Shown here: piece by piece, positions 22,928 to 36,020 of the stretch | Layout of the letters: each line of letters opens with the position of its first letter | How positions within the stretch are numbered: position 1 is the stretch's first letter | NCBI GenBank assembly: GCA_030295235.1 | Contig: AP026126.1 | Location: forward strand, 1 to 64,000 | Reading direction: 5' to 3' | DNA length: 64,000 bases | From: Fistulifera solaris | Taxonomy: Eukaryota | Notes under the pieces: model-generated | The model's database searches: none | What the model saw: the letters and a program-made list of their open reading frames with translations, nothing else | Told to the model about the DNA's origin: nothing | Position numbers and translations under genes: made by a program

Positions 22928-25761
22928 CTAGTTAGAATTGCTTGTATACAAATCGGCGTGGCTTTTGGACCGTTTCCGTTGATGATGCCCTCCTGTGAGT
23001 TTTCCGATCGTTCCGTTCCGGCTACTACTGCTGCTGGTGTCATCGCCCATGTGCGGATTGCTGGTGGTTTGAGCCAGATTATCAAACGAAGGATTTTGAC
23101 GGTAATAGAAACTAGCCATAGTCGATGTCTTGATATATTCTCCCGCTGGTTTGTTGAAATTGCCTTCACTGCCCGATCGCATACGTTCCTTACTCTTGCG
23201 CTTCGGCATATCCTTGGATTCCTGATTGCTGCCGGCGTCCTCGCCTGAATGTTGTTGTTTCAGTGCATTTTCCTCCGCATCTTCGTAAAACAGACCGGAA
23301 CCATCCGATAAGGTACGATGCAAGTTTCCACTGGAACGATTCCCACGTAATCCCATACCGCCCCAACCTGTTCCAATATCAATGTTATTGACGATTTGAT
23401 CGGGTGTGGTAGATCGTTCATCGCCACCACCATTGCTGTGGTGATTCCGCGGATTGGAACGTGATGGCCGTATCGTTTCGATAGTTTGCTGATCCGAGAC
23501 GTTCAAACCGCCCAAATTCAAAAGACTGGGACTATTGAAGAACGACGGAACGCGCTCCGTGAGTGTAGAACGCTGAGCATGCTCTTCTTGACGTTTCTCC
23601 CAGGATTCCTTCAACATGCGCTTACGGAGACGTTGGACGCATCGATCTAATGTAACTTCTTCACTGATATGACTCTTGATAGCTGGAATATGTTTCCATG
23701 TTTCTCTGCGTAAGAAAAACAAAGTACTCATTGAGATGCATACACCATCACAGCCAACAAAAAAAAACACAACGCACCACAACAACAAAACAACGTACCG
23801 CGCCGAAGCTTGAATCCATTCCCGAAACTCCGCTTCACAGGGATTGTAGATAATGTGAAGAATGGCACTCAACAAACTTCGATGTCCCAACCAGGGAATT
23901 AACGAAATATCAATGGACCGGCCTTCGTATTCTTGCGTAAAAAAACTGGCACCAATACCACGAGATGTCTCAAACAAGGGAGCAATGCGTCGAGCACCGA
24001 CACAATCGACCAGATGCAGCAACCACGATCTGACTTGATCGCGTAAAAACCGCAAGATCGATTCCAAGACTCCCACCAAAGGATTCGTCCAAACACCGGC
24101 CTTGTGATTGTACGACGCAAACATGACCGCATGTGGATTGGCTTGACTAATAATAAAATGATTGACATTGAACATTTCCGACAATTGTTGTGTCGGCAAA
24201 TCTTGTTCCATGGAACCATCCGAAAAGGCCTGTTGTCCACCACTTTCGTACCGTTCCCACCCATCCGCTTCTTTGACGACCAGCCGATTGGCTTCAAAGA
24301 CACCAGGCAAAGAACTACTGGCCACGGCGGCACTCCATACCATGACATGCGGTGCCGTCAAGTAATTGAGCAAACGCGGCGGATCACTGCTATTCATGGG
24401 TGTCACGACAATATTCAAAATACGTCCCGTCCGATCAAAGGCTTCTTGAAATGTAAAGTTTCCCACATTGGCGCGAACACATTCGCGAAAATAGTCGGTA
24501 TCCTTCTTAAAGACATCGGAAGCCCGTCGACTTCCCGACAAAACGTCATACAAGAACGCCGTCATGCGTCGTAATGTCAATGGCATGAATCCAATCAATG
24601 TCAATTTCATATCATGAAAGGCACCGGCCGTGTTGTAATAGAAATCCAACCACGTGGCTGCGTTGTGCTTGGAGGTCGTGACTGTACTATGGTTGTCCTT
24701 CGTTTTCTTCTTTTTTTATTTGAGTGGTTTCTTCCAATCGATTCGTGTAGGGCCGAAAGAAGCTCAATTCCAAGTTCCCCGAATGTCCCGGTGCCACGGT
24801 CCCTTTGACTTGAAACAAATCATTGGTACATTCTTCATCGGTCCGTGTTCCGATCATGGCACAAACAATGGATCCGGCCGACGATCCCCCAATGACGCGG
24901 GGCATGAGACGATTTTCCATCAAGGTCCGGACGACACCGACATGATAAAATCCCAAGGCGGCTCCACCACTCAACAAGAGAGCGGTCCGACCATACGAAT
25001 GGCGTGTTTCATTGAAAAAAGCCAATCGTGCTTCGGTGGGAATCGGATCTTGATCCGGTAAGACTTGTGCATCACAGACAAAATCCAAAGCGGCACAAAT
25101 GACATTGTGATAGGTTTCAACCAAGACTTTGGTACCGGCCCGTGCTTTGGTGAACAATCCTTCATGTAAGAGACCAAATTTATTGCGTCCAATACTCCCT
25201 CTCAAAACAAACATGAGTTCAAAAATATCGTGTCTTCGCATGAGATGTACAAATTCATCAATCCGGGCACTGATCCGTTCTCGTTCGTAGAGTTGACAAT
25301 GAGGATCGGATCGCCACACATCGTTGCCTTGAATTTGATCCATCCGTTCCGCCAATTCCATCCATTCATCTTGTGTTACGACGGTCAATTGTTGTTGTTG
25401 TAATTTGCGCAACAATCGTTTCCGTGTACTAACATGACTACTGAGCCACGAGAGTAAATGAGTGAATTGTTGAATTGTTACTAAACCAGTTTCGAGTGCC
25501 AAAACGAGGACGAGTTGTTTCAGGACGACTTTAGGTGCGAGAATGGTATCAATGAGATCGTTCGCGATTTGTTGCAATACGGGCATTTGTTGCATCAATA
25601 CACGAATGGCTCTTGAAAAAAAAAGAGAGAAAGAGAAAGAGAGAGAGAAAGGGAAAGAAAGAGGGAAGAGATGTTTTTAGAGAAAAAAAGAGATGAAAAG
25701 AAAAGAACAGAACAGAGAGTTCAGCGATCCATATCTGAGCACTTTTACTATTACTACTATT

Positions 25762-25798
<37 letters not shown>

Positions 25799-25903
25799 AC
25801 ACGCCATTGCTTTTGTCACAAACTAAAAAAGTACTTACTCATCCATCAACGTTTGTGCCCATTCTGTAGGAAAATCCAATTTCGGATGGTTGTTGTTTGA
25901 CAT
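22928..25903 (-). CDS. Patatin-like triacylglycerol lipase (SDP1/TGL3-5 type)
   Basis: FFNETRHSYGRTALLLSGGAALG, GSSAG, LLNYLTAPHV, DGS and HFIISQANPH. Introns 25837-25612 and 23798-23706. Homopolymer frameshift at ~24710. Confidence 0.9.
25763..25797. repeat. (CAA)n microsatellite in patatin intron 1
   Basis: About 11-12 CAA units visible. Confidence 0.9.
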
Positions 25904-26564
25904 GTTCACTATTCAATATCGATCGAGAGAGACGCACAAAAAAATAGACTTTTGATTGATTTTCTGAAACAAAAAAAGGTCAATAATTCTGGAGCTTCCA
26001 AAAATCTCGTTTTGCTTCTTTTCTTCTGTCTTTTCTCTCTCACAACAAACTCTCTCTCTCTCTCTATTTGCTTTCTCTATTTGCTCTCTCTCTCTCTCTT
26101 TCTCTCTTCGTTTCCTCGAGCCGATGCGTTTTTGTATTCCTCGTTGTTTTCGTTTACAACGATAGTGTATCCTTTGATATTATGGTTGTTGATATTATAA
26201 TATACTGGTATACTTGTAAAATAGGCCGGTTTGTTACTACGTAGTATGTGACACCGTTTTTCGTGTGAAAAAGCGAAACGAAAGGGGGCGAAACGGATGA
26301 TGCCCACGTTTGTTGTTTAATCATTGGTTTCGATACGACAATGGGTCACTCCGTCCGTCCATCGTATGTGAGAAAGAAAGAAACGAAAGGAAAAACGTTT
26401 TGTCCGCCGTCAGTTCTTCCAACGTTCGGACGTTTCGTTTTCGGACTTGCATCATCGAGAACGAAAAAAAAGGGAATACGGTTGGAGTACCAGTACCTGG
26501 TAGTACCCACGAAAGGATCCTGCGAATAACAATAATAATAAAGTCGTCTTTGTGGCTCTTGCTC

Positions 26565-26596
26565 TTGTTATTGTTATTGTTATTGTTTGAGTAACA

Positions 26597-26629
<33 letters not shown>
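26565..26629. repeat. (TTGTTA)n followed by (CAA)n immediately upstream of the YME1 ATG
   Basis: Directly visible in the sequence. Confidence 0.85.
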
Positions 26630-26633
26630 GAAA

Positions 26634-26728
26634 ATGAATCAAGTCACATTTGCACACTCTCGTTCATCATGGCATTCGACGAAATTGTACGATTATCCTC
26701 ATTTACGGGCCTGGCATCGCGCTCGTCA

Positions 26729-26760
<32 letters not shown>

Positions 26761-28927
26761 GTCCTTTCTTTAGTAAAATTCCCAATTTGTGGCAAAATTA
26801 TCAATTGAAACAAATGGAATTGAAAGCAAATGCCCAACCTACGAATGTTGCGTTGCAACGAGAATTCTTTCAAGCATTAGTGCAACAACATCCGCAAGCG
26901 GCACTACAACGCCTCACAATGTCTCCCTTTGTGTTAGATGAAACCATGTTGTTGCATTATTTACAATTGCTACAGTCTTCTTCTTCCAACACGAAAGTTA
27001 CGGAAAAACAATTGCACAATGTCTTGGCAAGAGTACAATCACCATATGCGGCACAATGGCAACAACAATGGCACGAATTGGCGTCAAAAGGCGCTACGAC
27101 GAAAGATTCGGTCGCACAATTGTATCACATGCTCACCACGGGTAGTACTACTATTACTCCTACTACTCCTACTACTACACCCAGTATCTTTCCAACAATC
27201 TCATCATCGACAGCATTGTATCGCGGTATGGACAAACAGGCACCACTCTATGTACAATTGGCTCATACGGCGGAATCAGGACGGAGTGTTTTGTTGCAAT
27301 TTGTGTTGCGGGCGACTTTGTTGGTGATTGGTGTTTCCGCCGTCGGGGCATTGCTGGAAGAACGTACCTCCCGTCCTGGCGGTGGTGGTGGTGGTGGTGG
27401 ACTCAGTGGCATCATGGGGACAGGATCCTCAAAACATATCCAAGAAGCTACGGAAAGTAAAGTCAAATTCGATCAAGTCAAGGGTGTATCAGAAGCGAAA
27501 CAAGAATTGGAAGAAATTGTGCAATATTTGAAAGATCCTTCTAAATTTACGCGTCTCGGAGGCAAATTGCCTCGGGGTGTCTTATTGACGGGTCCGCCGG
27601 GGACCGGTAAAACACTCTTGGCGAAAGCAATTGCGGGAGAAGCCGGTGTACCCTTCTTTTATTCCAGTGGCAGTCAATTTGAAGAAGTCTATGTTGGATT
27701 GGGTGCCAAACGCATCCGTGAACTCTTTGAAGTCGCGAAAAGAAAGCACCAGCTATTATTTTTATTGACGAAATTGATGCCGTGGGTGGGACACGCAAAC
27801 TGAAGGATCAGTCGGCTCTCAAAATGACGCTCAATGAATTGTTGGTGCAACTCGATGGCTTTGATGAAAACAACGGAATTATTGTGATTGGGGCCACCAA
27901 TTTCGCCGAATCACTCGATGATGCCTTGTTGCGACCGGGACGCTTTGATAAACACGTGGTCGTGCCGTTACCGGATGTGGGAGGACGACAAGAAATCTTG
28001 GAATTGTACGCCCAAAAGACAAAATTGGGACCCGATGTCGACTTGTCTGTCTTGGCACGAGGTACCACCGGCATGAGTGGGGCCGACTTGTTCAATTTAA
28101 TGAATCAAGCCGCTTTGAAAGCGTCCTTGGATGGTTTGCCGTATATTACCATGACCGTCTTGGAATATGCCAAAGATAAAATCTTGATGGGTGCCGAACG
28201 CAAATCGGCCGTCATTACACCCGAAACGGCCAAATGTACGGCCTATCACGAAGCCGGACACGCCTTGGTGGCCGTTTTGACCAAGGGAGCTTTACCGATT
28301 CACAAGGCCACCATTATGCCACGGGGCAGTGCGTTGGGCATGGTAACTATGTTACCGGAGGGAGATCAAACGTCCCAAAGTTATAAAGAAATGTTGGCGT
28401 ATATGGATGTCAGTATGGGGGGTCGTGTCGCAGAAGAATTGATCTTTGGGAAAGAAAACGTGACGAGCGGTGCGAGTAGTGACATTCAACAAGCGACCCG
28501 CATTGCGCGCAACATGGTCACGAAATTTGGATTCAGTGATCAAGTGGGCATTGTGTTTCACGGTGGCAACAGTGGCGAAGAAAGTGCTTCGAGTGAAACC
28601 CGTGCCCGGATTGATGCCGAAGTCCAACGATTGACGCACGAAGCCTACGTGAGAGCGAAAGACTTGTTGATGAGGCATTCGAAAGAACATACGTTGTTGG
28701 CGGAAACGTTGTTGGAATACGAAACGTTGACGGGTGACGAAGTCCGTGATTTGGTACGGAATGGACGCAAACCGCAACGACCGGCCTTGTTGAAGCAGTC
28801 GAGTAGTAGTAGTAGTAGTGGTGGTGGTGGTGGTAGTAGTAGTAGTAGTAAAACCAATGAAGGTGGTGGCACTGGAACAGGCATTCGAGGGCGATTGTTC
28901 GGAAGCAGTAGTAGTCGTACTAGTTGA
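26634..28927 (+). CDS. YME1: ATP-dependent zinc metalloprotease, i-AAA YME1/FtsH4
   Basis: [11 protein letters not shown], Walker A GPPGTGKT, Walker B FIDEIDA after frame correction at ~27742, RPGRFD, HEAGH and GGRVAEE. Confidence 0.93.
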
Positions 28928-29067
28928 TGATGTCGGAATACCGACAATTGGATAGTAAAATGATTTCATTAGAGAGAGAGAGAGAGAAAAGAGTCAACAT
29001 CTACACATTCTCATTAGGTCTTATTAAGTGAATAGAGATGGTATGAATTCCACTACGCACTTCGTGC

Positions 29068-29661
29068 TTACAAAACAATACAACATCCATCATCCGCGGG
29101 TGCCAATTGACCATTAATACCCACCAATTTGACTTCAAAGACCAAATCCGCATGCGGTGGAATGACACCATTCCCCGCGCCTTCTTCGCCGTACCCAAAA
29201 TCACTCGTAATATCCAAAACCGCCTTTTCTCCCAAACTCATTAATAAGACACCGTCATCCCAACCACGAATGACTTGTCCTAATCCAATTTTGAACGAAA
29301 ACGGTTGTCCTCGATCGTAAGAACTATCAAATTGCTTGCCGTTTGATTTCAAAGTGCCTCTTGTGTTTGATTGTTTGTTTGTTTGATTGTGAGAAATAAT
29401 TCCAGGTACGTAGTAATAACAAAAGTCACGTATCACTACTTTTATTACGTACTTGTAATGCATCATTAATTTATCGCCTTTCTTTGGAAAGGTTTTTCCA
29501 TCGCCTGGTTTCAGAATCGTCTGTTGAGAAGAAAAAAACGAGTAATTTGTGAGAGAGGAGGGATTGTTTCGATGTGTCAGTCAGTCGGTCACGTCGCTTG
29601 ACAAACACAACTATTCCACTATGAATCATCATCGCTTTTGACGTACTTTGGTGACACCCAT
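29068..29661 (-). CDS. FKBP12-type peptidyl-prolyl isomerase with C-terminal CCIVL (CaaX)
   Basis: Exons 29661-29647, 29520-29453 and 29359-29068 give [17 protein letters not shown]...FDSSYDRG...VIRGWDDG...IPPHADLVFEV...DDGCCIVL*. Confidence 0.92.
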
Positions 29662-30079
29662 GTTGAATCAAATGCTCGTTTGGTTGTTAGCAAACTTATA
29701 CAGAGTAGTTACTAGTTTACTAGAATATAAAATCTTTGTTATCACTAAAATATGCCAATTTGCCAATCGGGTCATTTTCTGGGAAAAAATTGGGCGCGGT
29801 CTTTTTTTCAAACAATTTGCAACGGTTTTCCAACGTCTCCTCGTCGGCGTTTCTTGTTTTTCGTTTTTTATTTATGTAAAAAACGTCCGGTTGCGACTCA
29901 ACATCCCGATCTCGTGATTACCACAACGACACTTCATCTATCTATCGCTTTTTTTTCCCTCGCGTTTTTGGTATTGCTCTTTCGAAAAGATTTGATTCCT
30001 ACTTTAATTTTTTTTATCGCAAATCTATACACCTTTTCCTTTTCCTCTGCTGGGTTCTTCCTTCCTTCTATTCAACAAT

Positions 30080-30614
30080 ATGGGAGTCACGAAAACCACA
30101 ACCAAACCGGGTGATGGAAAAACCTTTCCGCAAACGGGTGATCAATTGACGATGCATTATCAGTAAGTATAGGAAAAGATACGTCTCAAGTCACCTGACC
30201 ACTCGTTACACTTGATTCATTACTCAATTCCTTCCCTTCCCTTCCCTTCCCTTCCCTTCCCTTCCCTCCCTTCCCTTCCCTTCCCTTCCCTTCCCTCCCT
30301 TCCTTCCTTCCTTCCCTTCCCTCACTCACTCCCTCACTCATTCACACAATTCACAGCGGCACATTGGCGAGCAATGGCGCCAAATTCGATGCCAGTCGTG
30401 ACCGGGGACGTCCATTTTCGTTCAAAATCGGCATCGGACAAGTGATTCGTGGATGGGACGAAGGTGTCGCGCAAATGAGTTTGGGCGAACATGCGACTTT
30501 GCACATCTCGAGTGATTATGGATATGGTACCCGGGGGCCGGTGGAGTCATTCCTCCGAATGCCGATTTGGTCTTTGACGTCGAACTTCTCGCGATCAATG
30601 GAGTGGAAGCATAA
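30080..30614 (+). CDS. FKBP12: FKBP12-type peptidyl-prolyl isomerase (canonical length)
   Basis: [17 protein letters not shown], intron 30163-30356, [16 protein letters not shown] and [15 protein letters not shown]-run deletion at ~30535. Confidence 0.92.
30228..30340. repeat. (CTTCC)n-type polypyrimidine tract within the FKBP intron
   Basis: About 90 nt of pure pyrimidines followed by CTCA repeats. Confidence 0.9.
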
Positions 30615-30834
30615 GTCAAAACGAAAAGAAAAGAGAGCGAAGAATCATCATCGAAAGAGTGTGTTTTTATCCGATTTATCAACAAAATATTTACTACGAA
30701 CAAGGACCGTGATGTTTCTAATTTATAAAAAAAACAAATTTATCAACGTAATTCATGTCTTTTTTGTTCAAATTGCAAATGGTTTCTTATGCGCTTCGCC
30801 GTGCCGGACGAGAAAGTCCTTTCACTTTTCTTTC

Positions 30835-31447
30835 TCACGACAAATATTTACGCCCCAAGGCACGTACCCTTGTATCAAATGCTTCACTTATGATGGGTGT
30901 ATCGTACGCATAAAAAGGATTCATAGAAAACTGAGAAAAGATCGGGTGAGTTGTTCCTCTCCCAATAATTAACAGAAACGCACATTGTGGATCGTTCAAT
31001 CTTACCTTAACATAAAGTTCGTACACATCTTGAAAGAATTGTCGAATGGCTTCTTCACTCTTGTTTTGATGAACATTGTGCAATAACATGAGTTTAATAT
31101 TCCCCGCGGTGAGAAAGGTCGACACTTGTTGTTGATTGACCTATATATGAATAGAGAGAGAGAGAGAGAGATAAAGGAATCATCGAGAGGTTAGATTAGA
31201 CGGACAAGGAACATAACATTAATCCTATAACCATCTGTTCACGTACTTTATCGACAATTTTCAAATACATTTGATTCGAGGCCGATCGTTCGACCAAATC
31301 CAACGCGGAATGCAGTACAAAATACGATTGTCGGGTCGCTGCATCCGAAATCGGTTGCGATGATGCCTGCAAATCGACTTCGAAGAGTGGTTCATTGCTA
31401 CCGACAATGACAAATAGTAAAGAAGAAGGTGATGAAGAAGACGTCAT
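30835..31447 (-). CDS. TRAPPC2: Trafficking protein particle complex subunit 2 (sedlin/Trs20)
   Basis: [42 protein letters not shown] and [13 protein letters not shown]. Two GT-AG introns. Confidence 0.92.
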
Positions 31448-31956
31448 GAAAGGATGAATGTAAAAGGATGAGAATGGAATATAGAATATAGAATGAGGCT
31501 AATAGAGCGTCCTTTTATGACGGTGTTGATTTGTGAATAGCCTGCTTTCGAATGTACTATCATCATAAGTGTATGCTTAACCCGACTCAGTGGCCATTCC
31601 GTCCCGGTTTGGTCTGTCCATCGTCGCCTCGGGATACACTGGAAACGCGAGTCACGAGTACGCAAAAAGACCGCGCCGCGATATGACACGAGCGTTCGTC
31701 CGTTTGATGTTTTATTGTACATACTACGTATTGTAGTTGAAGAGGAGAATGTTATTGTGAAGCAAAGAAGCATCATTCGGTCGTTCAACTTCTTGCTGTT
31801 TCTCTCTCTCTCTCTCTTTTCATAATTTATTGATTGATAAACTCGGCGCTTCTTTGATCCATTTCAGATACGAAAACGTCCTTCAAAGGTCCCTCTGTTT
31901 CATCACACAATACATTATCGGCATTTCCTCTCGCAATCACTTTTCTGCGAACGAAA

Positions 31957-34900
31957 ATGACAACGAACAGCGCCACCACTGCTTTACAACACTATCTGTC
32001 TTCGAGTAATGTTTTACCGCATGTTGCCTTTGAACGATTGCGCGAGCAAGGTGATCCCCAATGGCTCTTGTTACGAACCCTCCTCGAATCCTCTTCCTTC
32101 TCTACTTCTACCACCAATAACAGTCAAGAATTGTTGTTTCATTGCATCACCGGATGTCGTCAACTTCTTCTGCAGACGTGGTCGGAACATTCTTCCGTTT
32201 TACTGCAAACAGTAAGACAGTTTTTCTTATCGTATGGATGTTTTCATACACCCGATGCTTTGTTGCGAAAGGCCGCCTTGACGACGTGTGTCGCGTTTTG
32301 GAAACGTGATTGGTGTACTTGTACCACCACCACCGCACTCGCCAAACCATCCGAACACGCCATCCTGACGCAACTTCAGCCGTTTGTCACGTCCCCGATA
32401 CTAACAACACCGCACGATTTGTGGCAATGGACGTTGCAACAAACTACACCCCACACTGCACTCTTTTGGATGTTATTTATAGGAGAATGTTCCGGCAAAT
32501 CGTCCGTCTCGTATCGATTGCCATTAGAATTTCACAAACAAGTTCATAAACAAGTTGAACAGGAATGGTTGTTGCCCTTGTTGCAGTGGACATTGCAACA
32601 TTGCAGTTCGGCGGCGACGCCCGATACCGTGTATTTGGAATTGTTGATGGCTGTTTTGACGTGGGAATTTGGTGTCACCGCGTGGTCGTTGGGTTCCTTG
32701 GGGGCCAGTACAGCGGGTCGGACATTACTGAAACCACCCTTTGCGTGGAGAGATCATTTGGTGACACCCAATTTGTGTCGGGCCGTCTTGTATTGGGAAC
32801 AACAATCGGCGCAGCAGCCCTTGTTGCGACAATTGTTGATTCTCTTGGCCAGTCTCTCGGGACCCATCTTTCAAAACAAAGAAGAAAAACAATTGTACGC
32901 GAGCGTCTTAATGGAAGGTGCTATGCAATGGATGCAATCCTTGCGATTGCACAACAACAATAATGATGATGAAGAAGAAGAAGACCCGCGTTTGTTGGAT
33001 ACACTCCAACTGGCATCTCGCATTTGGTCGAATTTCAAGTTAGAAATTTTGACATTGTTGCCGCATCAATTGACTCCTTTGCTACAAGCTTTTGAACAAA
33101 CGGGCAACAAGCTATTGCAGGCACAATTACGTGAATGCGAACAAGTGCAGGGAGATGTGGATGCCATGGTGTATCGCGAATCTCGCGAAGAGGCTTTGGC
33201 CGTATTATTGGAAGGGATGGTGTTGTTGTGCAGTGATCCATGGTTGCTGTATACCGGGACGGAAGAATCGCGATTGCAAGTGCAGCAATCGCTGTCGCAA
33301 TTGTTGGGGCCGTTGTATCGTGGCTTTGTGTCGTGTCGCACGCGAATGGCGGCATTGGAAGAACATTATTTACAATCACAAGAAACGCACCTAGATGCCG
33401 TTACAGAAGAAATCATACAGGCCGATTTGGATGAAGAATTAGCTTCAATTGCGACCTTGGGTCGACTGGATTTGTTGTCTGCCATTCAAACCTTGTCGGA
33501 ATTGTTTCATCAAACCATGCCACCTTTGGAACAGGCGTGGAGTCCTCAACAACAGCAAACACCACAAGAAGTCACACCCGAAGTAGCAGCCCTGCTCGAA
33601 CAAGCTAGATGGTTAAATTTATATATTATGCACCTATTGACAGACCCATGTGATGGCGAAGATGCACAGATTCCCATGGCTGTAGTGGCTGCCTGTCGTC
33701 GCAATCCCGACACACCGCCGGCTTTGGCATCGGCAATTCAAGCAGTGCTCGCTTTCGCCCAAGCTCAAGCTCAACAAATTGCGCAACAACCCCACAACCG
33801 TCGATTGTCACCCTTGTTAGCTTGTTCTTTCCTCGAGTTTATGATACGATTTGTCCCGGCCTATTTGGGACCGGATCAACTGTGGTTTGATGCATCCTCT
33901 ATTCTCCAACTGTGCGGTCAAGTATGTCTGTATTATCATTTGCATTGGCCGCATGAACCAGCAGTGCAAGAGCATGCGGGTCGATTGTGGCGTGCGTTGG
34001 CCATCCGAGGGCCGCACATGCGACAAGATGTCCTCCAAACACCGGCCTTCCAACAGCTGATGCAATGGCAAATTATAACTTTAGGAATCCGACATTCTGT
34101 TACACAGGAAGAATTCGCCGCCACTCTCCAACATCATAACGTTTCCATGGAACAGCTGTGGGGATACCATCGCCTTCCGTATCTGGATAAGCGTCGCCAG
34201 TTAACAGGGATCATTTTAATGAATTGCGACGAGCGAGCCGACCAAACGTTTCACCAAGTTCTCTCTTCGGTCCAACAAGCGTGGCAACCTTTGCAGCAGC
34301 AACGTGAAACGTCCATTCACGTACAAGAACAGCTGTGTTTGTGTGTACATGCACTGATTGGCGTGACGGAAGCCAGCGAGATGAAGCATGTAGAACGACT
34401 GCCGCAATTCTTGACTCCTTATTTATCACAATTATCTTTTTGGATGGAGCAATATGCAAGTGATTTGACCATTTCCGAACTCATTTTGCAATTTTTTCGC
34501 TTGTATGCGGAGCAATTCATTGTAATTCTGAACCGTGAACAAAGTCTCGTTTTGTTCGATAGCGTCGCCAAAGTATTACACGCCTATGCACAACAACAAT
34601 GGCAGTCCCGGGCTATCGTCAAAACCAGTAGCGAAAAAGAACACGAGGAAGAGCAGCAGTACAGTGATATTGTCTGTGCCCTACAATTGCTGATCCAATT
34701 ATCTACCAAAGATTTTGTCGATGTCTGTAAAGAAGACGGAGTCGAGTCGCATCAGGTCACACACCTCGTCTTTTTTCGGTGTGCAACAGCTCCTACCGTT
34801 AATGACGCAAGGGCTGCTGCAATTACCCACTCTCTGCTCGCTCTTCTACGAGCTCATTGGCTTCCTCGCCGAAACCTACCCGGCGCAACTTACCGATTTT

Positions 34901-35383
34901 CTATCGTACGAATTGTTTCATCGAGGTCTACTCGAAGCAATTTGGTTCGGCTGCACGCATCATTCGCATCGAGTGGCCAAACTGAGTTTATACGGACTGG
35001 GGAGTCTCGCCAAAGAACACGCCCGTTCACAGGCCTGGCAACGGCACTTGCAGCACTGTCCTACACTGCTGGACGATTGCCGCGAACAATTGTTGACGCG
35101 TGTCATCTTCCAAACCGTCGTGACGGACCGCGTCGAAGCGGCGGGCATGGCCCTGTTGCCACTGTTGGCCGCCGATCCGTCCCGTACTGTCTTTACCAAA
35201 ATTCTGAGTCAAGTTTCCGATGGTTCGCAACGAGAACGACTGGAACAGAACCTGCAGTGGCTGCTGCCACCTATGAATGCAGCACTGGAAGATGGATACG
35301 AAGGACGACGTATGCGGGCGCAGTTTCGGGAACGATTTGACGAGTTTGTACAAGAAGTTCATTCTTTCCTCGTGTTGCGTTGA
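31957..35383 (+). CDS. Exportin-4-like importin-beta family HEAT protein
   Basis: About 1140 aa, helical. FWKRDW, LP.EFH, SLSGPIF, LSTKDFVD and GLLQLPTLCSLFYELI resemble XPO4. Extra T at ~34773. Confidence 0.7.
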
Positions 35384-35525
35384 AAATAGTGAACGAAGAA
35401 TAGGAATTGGCGAATACAATATAATGATAAGCATGTCTTGCTTGGGCTCTATGCATAAGCACCCCATAATCAGGATTGAAACAAAATACTTAAACTGATC
35501 TATTTTTTGTCCCGCAGTCTATGCT

Positions 35526-36020
35526 TTAGACTCCTCCTCCACCCAAGAACATGTTCACACGTTGCATAATATAATCTTGTTCCGGATCATACGGATGTTC
35601 TTTACTGGGAATTTCCAAAACGGTCGGAATGGTGCTATGATAATCTTTTAACACGTGTCGAATATTGTTGGCAATGTGCTGATTGATGAGAATGATACCG
35701 ACATCTTCTCGCGTGCTGAATTGTTGAAAGGCTTCTTCGATCGATTGTAACTTCGTATCGGGTTTGACGACTAGAAAGTTGGATCCTTGGGCAGTACGGT
35801 GACCGACACCGGCTAACAGAAAGCCCGTGACCGTGTCCTACGTGTCAAGGGAAGTGAGAAAAAAGCGGCGGAATTCGAATGTAGATTGTGTCTCTTCCTC
35901 GAGGGAACGTACCTCATCACCAATTACAGCGACTAGTTTTCCGACTTCCTGTTAATGCATCAAAACTATCAGCTTATCTCATTTGAAAGAAAGAATAGGA
36001 AGAAATTGAGAACTTACCAT
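35526..36020 (-). CDS. VHA-F: V-type proton ATPase subunit F
   Basis: Coding exons 36020-36018 (ATG), 35948-35913 and 35837-35526 give M-EVGKLVAVIGDE-DTVTGFLLAGVG...ILINQHIA..IR...LEIPSKEHPYDP. Absent from the ORF track. Confidence 0.95.
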
